The notes beneath the pieces are model-generated. The model saw nothing but the letters and a program-made list of their open reading frames with translations, was not told where the DNA came from and searched no databases. This document shows positions 12,746-25,510 of a stretch of DNA of 64,000 bases, one piece after another. Location of the stretch: contig NC_069003.1 of assembly GCF_001194135.2 (NCBI RefSeq), forward strand, positions 2,909,540-2,973,539, read 5' to 3'. The DNA is from Octopus bimaculoides (Eukaryota). The number at the start of each line of letters is the position of its first letter. Positions within the stretch are counted from its first letter, which is position 1. A program made the position numbers and the translations under genes.

Positions 12746-13649
12746 TATACATTGTCTATGTATACATCACATATAATCTATACAGGATATATATATACAA
12801 ACAGAGCAAACTCAATTTCTGCGATGAGTGAAGACAAATTATGAGCAACCTTATTCGATTTTCGAACAATATTGCATTTGCATTAGAGATGTCTGCATCA
12901 TTTTGGTGCATCCCAGTCTTATAAGCTGCCAATGTGTTTCAATATTCAACAAATCCAGTAGCTGAAGAGAACTGGAGCTAATTTACATACCGTCTATGTT
13001 TAACGCGTTATTTAATATGAGCAACTTGTCAACGAGGATTTCCATCCATGTATGATATAATATATATAATCTATGCAGTAAATAATGATTTCATGTTCCA
13101 GAATTATTTATTTCCCTCTACATTTCGCAGCTAATTCCAAGGCCAATACAGTTACTTTAATAAACATTATATTCTAGTGATCACGTACAATATTTTACTT
13201 ATACATATTCTCAACTACTCTGTAGATTTCAAGATATTTACGCTTACTCCCTTTCTATATATCTACCCACATTTGACCATATATATAATTTGCATTGCAC
13301 AACAATTTTAAGTATTATGTTCTTATTGTTTCAACAAAGAAATTCTTTATTATGTCAACTATCAACAAACGCATCATCTGAAGCGCACTCACTGCCCTCA
13401 TTTTATATGTTATAGGTAATAAACTTAGGAACTCCAATGCCATCGTAGTCAAGTGATCTATGGCCGTATACTTACATTGCGTCCCAGCTACCTTAATTCT
13501 CCCCTCCTCTATTTAGCATAACCTTTTCCTTCCCACACACGTTGCGCTGACCACCACAATATTCATCTAGTAAACAGCAGGATACTGTAGCATGCATGTC
13601 ATCCCGATCTTGAAACTCTAGGCCCCAATTCAATATTATATATATGTTT

Positions 13650-13705
13650 ACATATATATGGAGTGGTAACAGAGTACGACAGAGTAAGCGGCTCCATTTA
13701 GTTGA
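13650..13705. repeat. Short dispersed hairpin motif, copy 2
   Basis: ATGGAGTGGTAACAGAGTACGACAGAGTAAGCGGCTCCATTTAGTTGA; compare 9931-9979. Confidence 0.75.
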
Positions 13706-13894
13706 GGCCCATCCTTTAAATGACTCCCATAAGGCATTAGTAAAACACAAAACCACATTAGCAGACTCTTGCAAAAGCCCCACCGCCCAGCCAAAATTAA
13801 AACCTGTTCAAGGCGGTTCCAGTAACCTCAAATTTTACTCACAGATAATCGTTCAAACATTGGTGTATTTGTAGAAAATTTCAGGCGACTAAAA

Positions 13895-14075
13895 GGTAGA
13901 ATCGCCAGAGCCTTGGAAAAAAATTCCTTGCGACATTTCCTCCGACTCTTTTACGATCGAAGTTCAAATTTCGCCGACATTGAAGTTGCATTTCATCAGT
14001 TTGGGTTCGATAAAATAAATAGCAGTTGAGCACCGAAGACGATGAAATTGATTTATCCCTCCCTTAAAATTTGAG
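13895..14075 (+). mobile_element. SINE family C (GGCAGAATCGTTAG...GAGTTCAAATTCCGCC...TTTCATCC...GTCGATAAAATAA type)
   Basis: GGTAGAATCG (A-box-like), GAAGTTCAAATTTCGCC (B-box-like), then GCATTTCATCAGTTTGGGTTCGATAAAATAAATAGCAGTTGAGCAC. It matches the 57828, 37880 and 59100 copies. Confidence 0.8.
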
Positions 14076-14864
14076 GCCAACAACCAAAATTTTAAATATA
14101 CACCAGGAGATGCTTGTTAAAGTCTACCAGCGAAACATATGATCTATCCGTCTTAGGAACTCCCGGTGAGAGATTCTGACAGTCAAATTACACTCCGGAG
14201 ACCATCAAGAAAATACAAGGTTATATAAGTAGACAATTCGTTAAGGTACTTCACAACGGAGTCAAATCAGATGCCGCATGATAAAGAAACGAACTTTTGA
14301 ACCAGAAATCCCTGGCTGAGCAACATTGAGTCACTGGAGATTTCTTGGTGATGTGCAACATAAATTACGAGACTGTTGTTCCGATATTTATATATAAAAA
14401 AACTATCATATGATATTCCGTTCAGTAGAGCCTATATCAAATGCATAGAACAATATATCACATTTATCACTGATACCTTATTTTATCACATGAGTGACAA
14501 GAGCTATAAAACAAAGGAGGTAATAAATTACGCCTCTGTGGAGTAAAATATTTTTAGAGGAGATGTAGGAATTGATTATAGAATTACAAGTTTATATACT
14601 GGCAAGATATCTGTACGTATATCGGTCTGTAAGCCGATACATATATGTACACACAGACACAGACAGACAGACACACACACATACACACACACACACACAC
14701 ACAGGTATATACAAACATATATAGATATCTACATCTCAAATACACAGGCATGCAATCACACATAGCAATTTATAACAAAAACATTTTTCTCCTTCATTCT
14801 TGCATCAAGCTAAATAGTTACATTATAATATATCAAGTGAAGGAAATACATACATACATACATG

Positions 14865-14951
<87 letters not shown>

Positions 14952-14965
14952 NNNNNNNNNNNNNN

Positions 14966-15005
<40 letters not shown>

Positions 15006-15234
15006 TCATATATGGGAGAATATACAAAAAATAACAACAGACGAGGACAGGTGGTGTAAATAACAAAAGTATACATTCATATACATACATTCATATATAT
15101 GAAATAGTAAATGTGTAAAAATAAAATTACAAAGGAATAGGAATATATGTATATATGTATGTATATATTTATATGTATATAAATCATACTCCCACATACA
15201 CATATATTATTTTGTAGTTTCTTCTTTTACACAT

Positions 15235-15420
15235 TTACTGCCTTAACTCTGGGTTCCGACCACCTTTGGAACAACGCCTTGAATTCTTGAACCGATTAAG
15301 TCACCTGTAGGACTCGGCACCTTATTATACCGGTCTTTTGTCGAACCGCAACCTGACAGCAACGACACGAAACTAACGCAGTTTCTGAAGGAGTGAGAGA
15401 CAAACATCAAGAAACACCCG
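15235..15420 (-). mobile_element. SINE family A, 3' half, strongly decayed
   Basis: CGGTCTTTTGTCGAACCGC...CACGAAACTAACGCAG...GACAAACA matches the 16515 and 20378 copies. Confidence 0.55.
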
Positions 15421-15954
15421 TAAAGTGACGTATATACACAAACAATAACTCACACAGATATAGAAAAACACAAGGCTTCCATGGTGTGGGTCTATATTTT
15501 AAAATACTTGCTTAAAATGCTGCGGAATGATATTGAAGCTGGCACCGTGTGCTTCTGAAGCGAATGTTTTTATTTTTTTTATCTACAACACCACATCTAT
15601 GTCTAGTGTTCTGCTGGCAGTCAAAGTTTCTGAGAATCAAACCTGGAAAGAGTCCCAGCCCAGATGTGAAATGCTGGTATTATATAAAATGCTAATAAAT
15701 ACACACGAGTAGAGAAATATAGTTCTAAATTCAAGGGTGAAAGGTTCAAGCCTGAAGTGAGATCTGCGCTCAAATTTAAACTAATAATAAATTAAAAATA
15801 TTGAAAAGTAGGACATTTCCCTGTTGCTTGCAAATTCTGAAAAATGTATTAAAATGCGTTAGAATTGTATTAGTGTAAATCTATTGAATATAAATAGAAT
15901 ATGATATAAGGGTTAAATAGTTTATCCCATATATTTTTTATTCGTTTATTCTTT

Positions 15955-16125
15955 TATTTGTTTCAGTCATTTGACTGTGGTGATACTGGAGCACTGCCTT
16001 TAGTCGCCTTTCATCTCTTCAGGGTCGACAAAGTAAGGAACCTGTTAAACATTGGAATCGAAGAAATTGACTTACCCCATCCACCCAAATCTACTAGATT
16101 TGTGCCAGAATCGGAAAACAATATA
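15955..16125. mobile_element. Junction of a family A tail (- strand) and a family C body (+ strand)
   Basis: TTTGTTTCAGTCATTTGACTGTGG...CTGGAGCACTGCCTTTAGTCG is joined directly to CCTTTCATCTCTTCAGGGTCGACAAAGTAAG...GACTTACCCC. Confidence 0.7.
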
Positions 16126-16514
16126 AAATGGTGTCAGAAATTCATTAAGTATATTAAATTTTTTTAAAATTCGAATAACTTTTACAATGCTTGTATATAC
16201 ACGAGAGGGCATTTAAAAGCGTGAGACATCAGCATTTTCATCTATAAGTAAATAAAAATAATTATTATTATAGTCTACTTTAAAAAAAAAGAGATAAAAC
16301 CACTTGAGTCAGCAATATTCTACGCAGACACATAAAAAGTACTATTTATTTATTTAAATTTTGTTGATGCCATGAAAGTTATGCTAATTAACGAGAATCA
16401 GGTGTATAATTATATACGTATACGAGAGAAACTGAATCTGTAAGCAACATTTCACTGTCTGGGATATCTGCGTTATCAACGCGAATCGAAACATTCTTTT
16501 TTTTTGTTTTTATT

Positions 16515-16642
16515 TACCTTTTTCACTCATTTGACTGCGGACATGCTGGAGCACCGCGCCTTTAGTCGAACGAATCAACCCCAGGACTTAATCTTTGCAA
16601 GCCTAGTACTTATACTATCGGTCTCTTTTGCCGAACCGCTGA
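16515..16642 (-). mobile_element. SINE family A, 3' half
   Basis: CATTTGACTGCGGACATGCTGGAGCACCGCCTTTAGTCGAACGAATCAACCCCAGGAC...AAGCCTAGTACTTATACTATCGGTCTCTTTTGCCGAACCGCT. Confidence 0.9.
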
Positions 16643-18049
16643 NNNNNNNNNNAAACTTTAACAAAATTACTGCTCAAAACATGTTTCAAAAGCAGAGAGA
16701 AAATTTTAAGTACTCACCGCTAAGAAAGAAACCTGGAACATTTTCTTGCAAATCGAAGCCTAAACAACACACAAAATTTATATATGCATACATATCTATG
16801 TATGAATATATATACATTTATATATACATATGTGTGTGTATGCATTTATGTATTTCTATATATGTTGATATGCATGAATGTGTGTGTGTGTGTGTGTGTG
16901 TGTGCGCGTGTGTGTGTGTGTGTGTGTGTATACACTTTAATACGTCCAAGGTATATTAATATTCACTCACACAAACCTCAATAAATCATCATGAAACATT
17001 TCTTCTTGAACCAATCAATTAATTTCCTTAAAGAAAACATAATTGTATAGATAATTCAACGAATCATATATAAGTATTACCCAATGGTCTTATTTGCACA
17101 CACACACACACACNNNNNNNNNNNNNNNNNNNNNNNNNNNNNNNNNNNNNNNNNNNNNNNNNNNNNNNNNNNNNNNNNNNNNNNNNNNNNNNNNNNNNNN
17201 NNNNNNNNNNNNNNNNNNNNNNNNNNNNNNNNNNNNNNNNNNNNNNNNNNNNNNNNNNNNNNNNNNNNNNNNNNNNNNNNNNNNNNNNNNNNNNNNNNNN
17301 NNNNNNNNNNNNNNNNNNNNNNNNNNNNNNNNNNNNNNNNNNNNNNNNNNNNNNNNNNNNNNNNNNNNNNNNNNNNNNNNNNNNNNNNNNNNNNNNNNNN
17401 NNNNNNNNNNNNNNNNNNNNNNNNNNNNNNNNNNNNNNNNNNNNNNNNNNNNNNNNNNNNNNNNNNNNNNNNNNNNNNNNNNNNNNNNNNNNNNNNNNNN
17501 NNNNNNNNNNNNNNNNNNNNNNNNNNNNNNNNNNNNNNNNNNNNNNNNNNNNNNNNNNNNNNNNNNNNNNNNNNNNNNNNNNNNNNNNNNNNNNNNNNNN
17601 NNNNNNNNNNNNNNNNNNNNNNNNNNNNNNNNNNNNNNNNNNNNNNNNNNNNNNNNNNNNNNNNNNNNNNNNNNNNNNNNNNNNNNNNNNNNNNNNNNNN
17701 NNNNNNNNNNNNNNNNNNNNNNNNNNNNNNNNNNNNNNNNNNNNNNNNNNNNNNNNNNNNNNNNNNNNNNNNNNNNNNNNNNNNNNNNNNNNNNNNNNNN
17801 NNNNNNNNNNNNNNNNNNNNNNNNNNNNNNNNNNNNNNNNNNNNNNNNNNNNNNNNNNNNNNNNNNNNNNNNNNNNNNNNNNNNNNNNNNNNNNNNNNNN
17901 NNNNNNNNNNNNNNNNNNNNNNNNNNNNNNNNNNNNNNNNNNNNNNNNNNNNNTATATATATACCAGAGTAAGCGTATAGATGCGAAAGAAGGTGGCAGA
18001 AATAGTACTCGAATACAAGAAGTAGAGTAATATGCTTTATGAAAAACCA

Positions 18050-18660
18050 GCGAAAAATTTACAAAATCTGTTACTCGGAGTTTCACGCTCCCGTTCGTCG
18101 GACAGTTTAGTTTAGAATGGAGCAAGATGAAGTTATATGCAGAAATACAATTACTTTGATAGATACACATCTGAAGATAGTTTTCTTCATTGCTCCTTTC
18201 AACTAACACTCTTTTCAATAACCGGTGCATAATTTATAGTGACTGCTGCTTGCACAAAAGGAATACGCCAATCTAATCATCAGCGACCACATCCTTCTCA
18301 GATGATCCAGGTGTTTAGTGAATATATCAGCGAGAGGTGTCATACAAGAATTTTCTCTTCGAAGGTAACAACAAAAAAGGCAACATACAAGGGAGTTAAG
18401 TGGGGTTGATATTGGGAGTTTTCTTTCTGCATTATGGATATTCTGATTGCAGCTAGGATCATATCTTTCGCATGTGGCAATAAAATGCACGTATCTCTCA
18501 TCTCAACCACGCTTGTGTCCGCGTGTTTTATACCTATTCTTAGTAACTGGATAATTTCCTGCAAACATCACTCAAACGACCTATGGACTCATTTCTACCG
18601 ACTGAAACAATCTACTTCGCAACCCAAGATCCTTCTCTAACAGTGCCATTTAAATATAGC
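18050..18660 (+). mobile_element. Possible Penelope-like element relic (RT thumb to GIY-YIG region), heavily decayed
   Basis: Frame-shifted fragments occur in the expected order: FTLPFVGQFS (cf. LPY/FIG), LKIVF, IIYSDCC, CLHKR/KEYA..ISDHI and ETIYFATQDPSL (cf. E..YI...PSLN). The similarity is weak and judged by eye. Confidence 0.3.
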
Positions 18661-19718
18661 TTGAGTTAACAATGGCTGAAATCTGAGTCGTATACGTGTG
18701 GTGTGTATGTATATAACTGCGCGGATATTTGCGTCTGCGGGTCTGTAGAAACATTGTGAAAATGGTGTTCGCAGAACTTTCGCAGGTCTTGTAGCTTTTT
18801 CTTGCTGCAAGTTTTGTAGCAACTATCTTCACTTTGCAATCCTATTGGACGAAGTGGTTTAGTTGATGATGACCCGACCTTTATAGCAATTATTCTGGAT
18901 TACATGAAGCAATTATATTATGGGAACTAGTTCTCGATAATCTTAATGAACACAAATTGAAAATCAGATTTTATAAAGCCACAGATATTAAAATTACGTC
19001 CTTGAACATGAACATTGGATATATCTCAAAATGAACAGAAGCAAAGGGCAGTCTATAATTAGGCAGAGAAGCTTACACTTTGAGATGAATTGAATTCTCT
19101 ATATCATAGTGAGACATAATGAATGGCAACTAAAAGCTCTTGAATTTTGTGGGGTCGAAGATCGAGGGATAATCTTGCCTATATTATATGTGGCTGAATT
19201 AGTCTTTTAAAATCCGGACGATTCAACTGTGGAAGGTTGTATGTTGACGAATGGGATTCTTCTATGCAGAGAGTTTTCAGGGCGCAAACGTGTTGAAGGT
19301 TGCGCTCAATGGCTGCCGAGCTCAATGTACGATGAAGAAGTCACTGTTGGCGTGATTTTTTTTAATGAAAATAAAATGGAAGGAAGAATATACATATATA
19401 CATACATATATATTATATATGTATATATATATATATATATATNNNNNNNNNNNNNNNNNNNNNNNNNNNNNNNNNNNNNNNNNNNNNNNNNNNNNNNNNN
19501 NNNNNNNNNNNNNNNNNNNNNNNNNNNNNNNNNNNNNNNNNNNNNNNNNNNNNNNNNNNNNNNNNNNNNNNNNNNNNNNNNNNNNNNNNNNNAGAAAGAG
19601 AGAGAGGCAGACAGAAACTGAGAAAGAGAGAGTAGTCTAAATGCATGCGTTCTTTTATACTTATATGTATGCGTAGAATTAAATTCATACATAAATCAAT
19701 ACACACACACACACACAT

Positions 19719-19794
<76 letters not shown>

Positions 19795-20198
19795 ATAATA
19801 TGACGAAAAATTGCTCTTGAATCAATCAATTTCTGTAACGAAAGCATAAATGTGAAGATAATTTCACGAATCATATGTAAGTACGTAGGTATATTTATTT
19901 TTTTTTATTTTTGTTAGTTACCATTTTTCTTATATAATTTATGGTTTCATTTATTTATCACTGATTTGTTCATTTATTTTTGTTTTCTCTTCAGTAATTT
20001 TCTCGTCTTAATTTATTATTAACAAAATACTGATTGTCGTTTAGAAAATTACCTAGAAAAAAAATATACAAAAATCTGATAGCCAAATCAGAATACACGT
20101 GATGAATAGATGGATAAATGTACTCGTGTATAGTTAGATATTGTTATAAGAAGGTATGTATATGTGAATATATCTACCGATATACATATTTTATATAT

Positions 20199-20307
<109 letters not shown>

Positions 20308-20377
20308 ATTCTATGTATATAACTGCATATCTGCAGTAGGTAAATTGGAAAGTATACTCTGTTACAGTTTTACTTAT

Positions 20378-20550
20378 TCCAGTCATTTTGAATGTGGTCA
20401 TGCTGGAGCAGCGCCATTAGTCGAACGAATGTACCCCAGGATATTCTTATCCGTCTCTTTTGCCGAACCGCAAAGTTACGGGAACCTAAACATTGCAACA
20501 TCGTTTGTCAAGCGATGGTAGGAGGACAAACACAACCAGAAACACACACA
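20378..20550 (-). mobile_element. SINE family A, 3' half running into its internal microsatellite
   Basis: CAGTCATTTTGAATGTGGTCATGCTGGAGCAGCGCCATTAG...TCTCTTTTGCCGAACCGCAAAGTTACGGG...GTCAAGCGATGGTAGGAGGACAAACAC, then CA and (CTAT)n repeats. Confidence 0.85.
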
Positions 20551-21037
20551 TACATCGATCTATCTATCTATCTATCTATCTATTTGTCTATCTATCTATC
20601 TATCGTCCAAACCGTGTTCTTCTTTTTCTTACTTAAAGAAACAAATTTTGATGTCTTTTTATTGCGGTACAACACGAGACAAAAATCTGACTTCTTCAAC
20701 ACTTACTATTCTAGGTTACACTCCACTGGGTATAATAATTGCATTGATGCATTTGGACATAATTTGCACAGGATGGTAATCCCTTACTTCCGTTCACAAA
20801 TTAGAATTGATGCGAGCATATAATACAAATTCAATTCTGTATATTTGGTCTCCTTTCTCTGAAATATACCATTGCTGTTCATGTATAACGCCAAGAATTA
20901 AACACATGACTTGCTGTTTCTTAAAATCTCAGAGTAAGGCTTCGACAAAATCGTGTGAAACAAAGTAACGAAAAAAAAAAAGAATAATGGTAATCAATTT
21001 AGAGCAATAATAATACTAATAGTATTAGTTGTGGAAA

Positions 21038-21043
21038 ATAATG

Positions 21044-21107
<64 letters not shown>

Positions 21108-21150
21108 TGATGATGATGATGATGACGATGACGACGACGACGACGACTAC

Positions 21151-21187
<37 letters not shown>

Positions 21188-21190
21188 ATT
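21038..21190. repeat. Compound trinucleotide microsatellite (AAT)n-(GAT)n-(GAC)n-(GAT)n
   Basis: Seen directly; the motifs change in register by single-base steps. Confidence 0.95.
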
Positions 21191-21358
21191 AATGATATTA
21201 ATGAAAATTGCCATAATTATCTGAGTGTCGTAATTATTTCGGCTTATTTATACATTAATAATTCGTCTTAAGTATGTACTATTGAGTACATATACTTGCA
21301 CACATACATGCATACATGCATACATACATGCATACATACATAAATACTTACATATATA

Positions 21359-21394
<36 letters not shown>

Positions 21395-21844
21395 ATATAT
21401 ACGCAGCCATATAATCTCTCATAATTGAGCATGTTTGCAAATGTATATATATAAATNNNNNNNNNNNNNNNNNNNNNNNNNNNNNNNNNNNNNNNNNNNN
21501 NNNNNNNNNNNNNNNNNNNNNNNNNNNNNNNNNNNNNNNNNNNNNNNNNNNNNNNNNNNNNNNNNNNNNNNNNNNNNNNNNNNNNNNNNNNNNNNNNNNN
21601 NNNNNNNNNNNNNNNNNNNNNNNNNNNNNNNNNNNNNNNNNNNNNNNNNNNNNNNNNNNNNNNNNNNNNNNNNNNNNNNNNNNNNNNNNNNNNNNNNNNN
21701 NNNNNNNNNNNNNNNNNNNNNNNNNNNNNNNNNNNNNNNNNNNNNNNNNNNNNNNNNNNNNNNNNNNNNNNNNNNNNNNNNNNNNNNNNNNNNNNNNNNN
21801 NNNNNNNNNNNNNNNNNNNNNNNNNNNNNNNNNNNNNNNNNNNN

Positions 21845-21876
<32 letters not shown>

Positions 21877-21975
21877 TTACACACATATTCACACATACAT
21901 GCAAAAATAAATTGCTACATGCTTACATTCACCAGTACACGTTGTGAACGAACGTTTAGTGTCTCGGCGAATATT

Positions 21976-22021
<46 letters not shown>

Positions 22022-22439
22022 AGTGGATGTCCCGGCATGTGTGAGTCTAAATAATCTATATATTGTACACCTTGATTTATTTTCTCAAATGTATTAAGCA
22101 CACTTGTGTTTTATAGTGTAATTATATTTGTACTAAACGCATTCACTCAGACACTCTACAGACATTTACACACGCGTCGCCAATCGTTGAGCGCGGACAC
22201 AAATAAGCGAAGCGCAATCAAACACCAGTTCGCATCTACATACACAACATAGACGTATTGCGTAGATTTTTACCTCTACACATATGCACATATCCCTACT
22301 TATATATTACAGTTTCTGATTAATTTTTTCACACGTCTACACATGCATACATACATACATACATACATATGTACATATAACTCTATACGTATATGTAAAT
22401 GTATGTATATATACATTTGTATGTATATGTATACATATA

Positions 22440-22500
<61 letters not shown>

Positions 22501-22513
<13 letters not shown>

Positions 22514-22560
22514 GGCATTAACATATACATATATATATACATAGGCATTAACATATACAT
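22501..22560. repeat. Perfect 30-bp tandem duplication inside a (TA)n field
   Basis: ATATATATACATAGGCATTAACATATACAT occurs twice. Confidence 0.95.
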
Positions 22561-23129
22561 ATATATATACACATATATATACACATATATATACACACAG
22601 AGGCAAATATATAAATATAAATGCATATACAATTCAGTACTTATAATATCTAATAGCAATAATTTAAATTTGCAAGTTCCTAATTTATATATATATGTAT
22701 ACGTTTATGTGTGTTTATTGTGTATGAATCTATACACATATATTTATACATATGTGTCTACATAAATACGTTAATGAGAAATTAGTAATCTATTTATCTC
22801 CAGTAGTTCGTTATTTACATCCTGTTGTAATGTAATAATCGATTTTTAGTAAACAAAAGAATTATTAAACATTCTGGAATTTTCTCTTCTTTTCTCTCCA
22901 TTTTATGCATGTGCTTTATTCGTGTAGGAGTGCATATGGCCACCTATCTCTATATGTGTGTGTCCGTGTTATGTGGCTGTCTGTGTGTGTCTATGTGCGA
23001 TTGTTTTAATTCTATATGCTTGTATGTAACTAATTTTCTATTCATGTATGTTTGAATTTTAGTGTATAAAAATTGCTATTTATATATATGTGTGGATCGC
23101 GGTATGTACGAACGTATGTACATAGAAAT

Positions 23130-23165
<36 letters not shown>

Positions 23166-24124
23166 GTATATGTGTGTGTGTGTGTGTGCGTTAATACTTT
23201 CGCACATATACTCACTCACACTTATATATACGTATGTATTTTTAGATATGTTCCTATCTAGATATCTGTGTGTGTCTGTCTGATCGTGTGTTTGTGTGAG
23301 TTACTATGTGTATGCATGTATGCATATATTATATTAGTGTATTTATGGAATCGAATACATGTGCGTATGGAATTAGATATATGTATATGTCAATCCGTTT
23401 ACTGACGCAAAATGGCCGCATGAATATAAAGTTGTCTTGGCAATCAAGAGACCTCGGCTCGTTTCTACAGTGTGGCATCCTAGGAAAACGTTTTTTTGCT
23501 AAAGCATCGAGTTGAGCGAAGTCTTATGGGTAGAACAGGATAGAATGAATCTGGGTGAGATACCTCTTATAATGTACCTGTAATTAACTCGTACTTTGTT
23601 GTTGTTTAATCTTCACACTTCTCAGGCATTCTCAGCTACTTACGATCTAATTCCATGCAGAGAGGTTTCTCTTGTTTGAGCGATCGAAAACTCATCTTCG
23701 AAAGCGACGGATATCCCTTTCAAACGTACCTGACCTAATGTACACTAGTGTTCCAGTATATTCATATATACGTACATACATACATGCATACACATATACA
23801 TACATACACACACACATACATTCATACATACATACATACATACATACATACATACATACATACATACACACATAGATGGGATATGTAGCACAGTGGCAAT
23901 CTTGAGAAATTAGGCTTCTCAAAACCAGAAAGGAGAAAGCTGATTCGAAGACCACAAATCGAATCTATATCTGGAACTGTAAAAAATATCTGTAAATCTT
24001 TCCAGAAGTTTATCATTTAAATATATATGAGCATGTCTAGATGTGCAATTATGTGCACGAGAATACATACGTAAAACAAAACATACAAACCTGCGCATAT
24101 TCATACATACACACATACATACAT

Positions 24125-24240
24125 GCAAAAATACCCTGTTGTTGATGCTGAAATTCCACTGAGGGAGTGTTGGATCTAGGTTAGAAACCGGTTCTTTCTC
24201 TATTGGCAAGAATTCTTGAAATAAAACTGAATAATGACAT
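24125..24240 (+). repeat. Dispersed repeat (family E), copy 1; unclassified
   Basis: AAAATACCCTGTTGTTGATGCTGAAATTCC...GAAACCGGTTCTTTCTCTATTGGCAAG...TTGAAATAAAACT matches 55972-56080. Both copies are embedded in (CATA)n. Confidence 0.8.
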
Positions 24241-25039
24241 ACATATATATATATACATACATAATAGATACATACACACACACACACACACATACACACG
24301 CACACACACATAAGTAAGTGCTCGAATACGAAAGGCAGAGTAAAAGATTGTTTTATTAAAGCCAAAGAAAATGCCTCACAAACTGGTACTCAGAGTTTCC
24401 CGTGAACGTTCATCGGAGAGTTGTGATAATAGAGATTCGTCTCTTTCATCATAAATTGTGTCATAAATGGAAACCAATGAGAGAGCCACTGCGTAGTCTT
24501 TTCATTTGCTAAATATAGCAGCCAAACCATCTTTGAATCTTTTTTTTCTTTCTGTCTTGAAAAGAGACACTTTGCATAATATAATAGGATCTTTTCACTT
24601 TCGAAAAGTATGAGATGGTGACGGCCGGAAACACTTGAATCATTTAGTAGCTCGACCAAGTGTGACAAGGGGCTAAACTTCAGCGGCAAAGCCATCACCA
24701 CACACACACACACACACAACTAAAGCCGTTAGAACAACAACAACAACAACAACCAGAAGACTATTGAACGTGCATAAATTCATTCTACGCTCAGTAATAG
24801 CTTAGTTGTAACTGTTGTTGATGATGTTGACGGTGATGACAATAAATGATGAAAGATTAATGATGATTGAGGATGATTAATTTAAAATAAAATAGGATAA
24901 AATTGTAAATTTTATTGGTTAAAAGTTAATTGAAATACGTGAATCAGAGACACATGTCCCGCGCAGTTGCAAACAGTAACAACATCAACAATATTGTAGT
25001 TGTTGCTGACACTGCCAGTGCTGCCACAACAAATAACGA

Positions 25040-25077
25040 TGATGATGACCTTGATTATGATAATGATGATGATGATG

Positions 25078-25136
<59 letters not shown>

Positions 25137-25237
25137 CCTTTCTACTATATGCAGAAGGCAGAATTTGAACGTAAAGACAGTCAAACAGCCGCTAAGCATT
25201 TGCCCCGACGAGCTAGCGATTCTGTCAGCTCGACGTC

Positions 25238-25283
<46 letters not shown>

Positions 25284-25475
25284 TAATAATAATAATAACC
25301 CTTTATATTATAGGCACGAGTGCTGAAATTTTAGAGAAGTTTTATTTTAGAGAAATAGATAACGGCTATTTATTTCCTCCACACTGAAAGATGAAATGAA
25401 ATGTTAAATTTGGCAGAATTTGAACTCAGAACGTAAAGCCGATCTAATGCTTCGAAGCATTTTGTCCGGTGTGAA
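25040..25475 (-). mobile_element. Two head-to-tail family C SINEs, each ending in an (ATT)n tail
   Basis: On the - strand: a SINE body (25475-25300) ending GTGCCTATAATATAAAGGG, (TTA)n 25298-25240, a second internally deleted SINE (25238-25138) ending ATAGTAGAAAGG, then (ATT)n and (ATC)n. Confidence 0.75.
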
Positions 25476-25510
25476 AATAATAGGATGTCTTATTCTTTAA
25501 TGAATAGCCT

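Noticed and set aside
24156-24200. Hammerhead-like elements in family E (CTGAGGGA...GAAACCGGT palindrome, followed by AATAAA)
   Set aside because: Stems I and II cannot be formed in this copy, and the second copy (56000) lacks the core. A family consensus would be needed.
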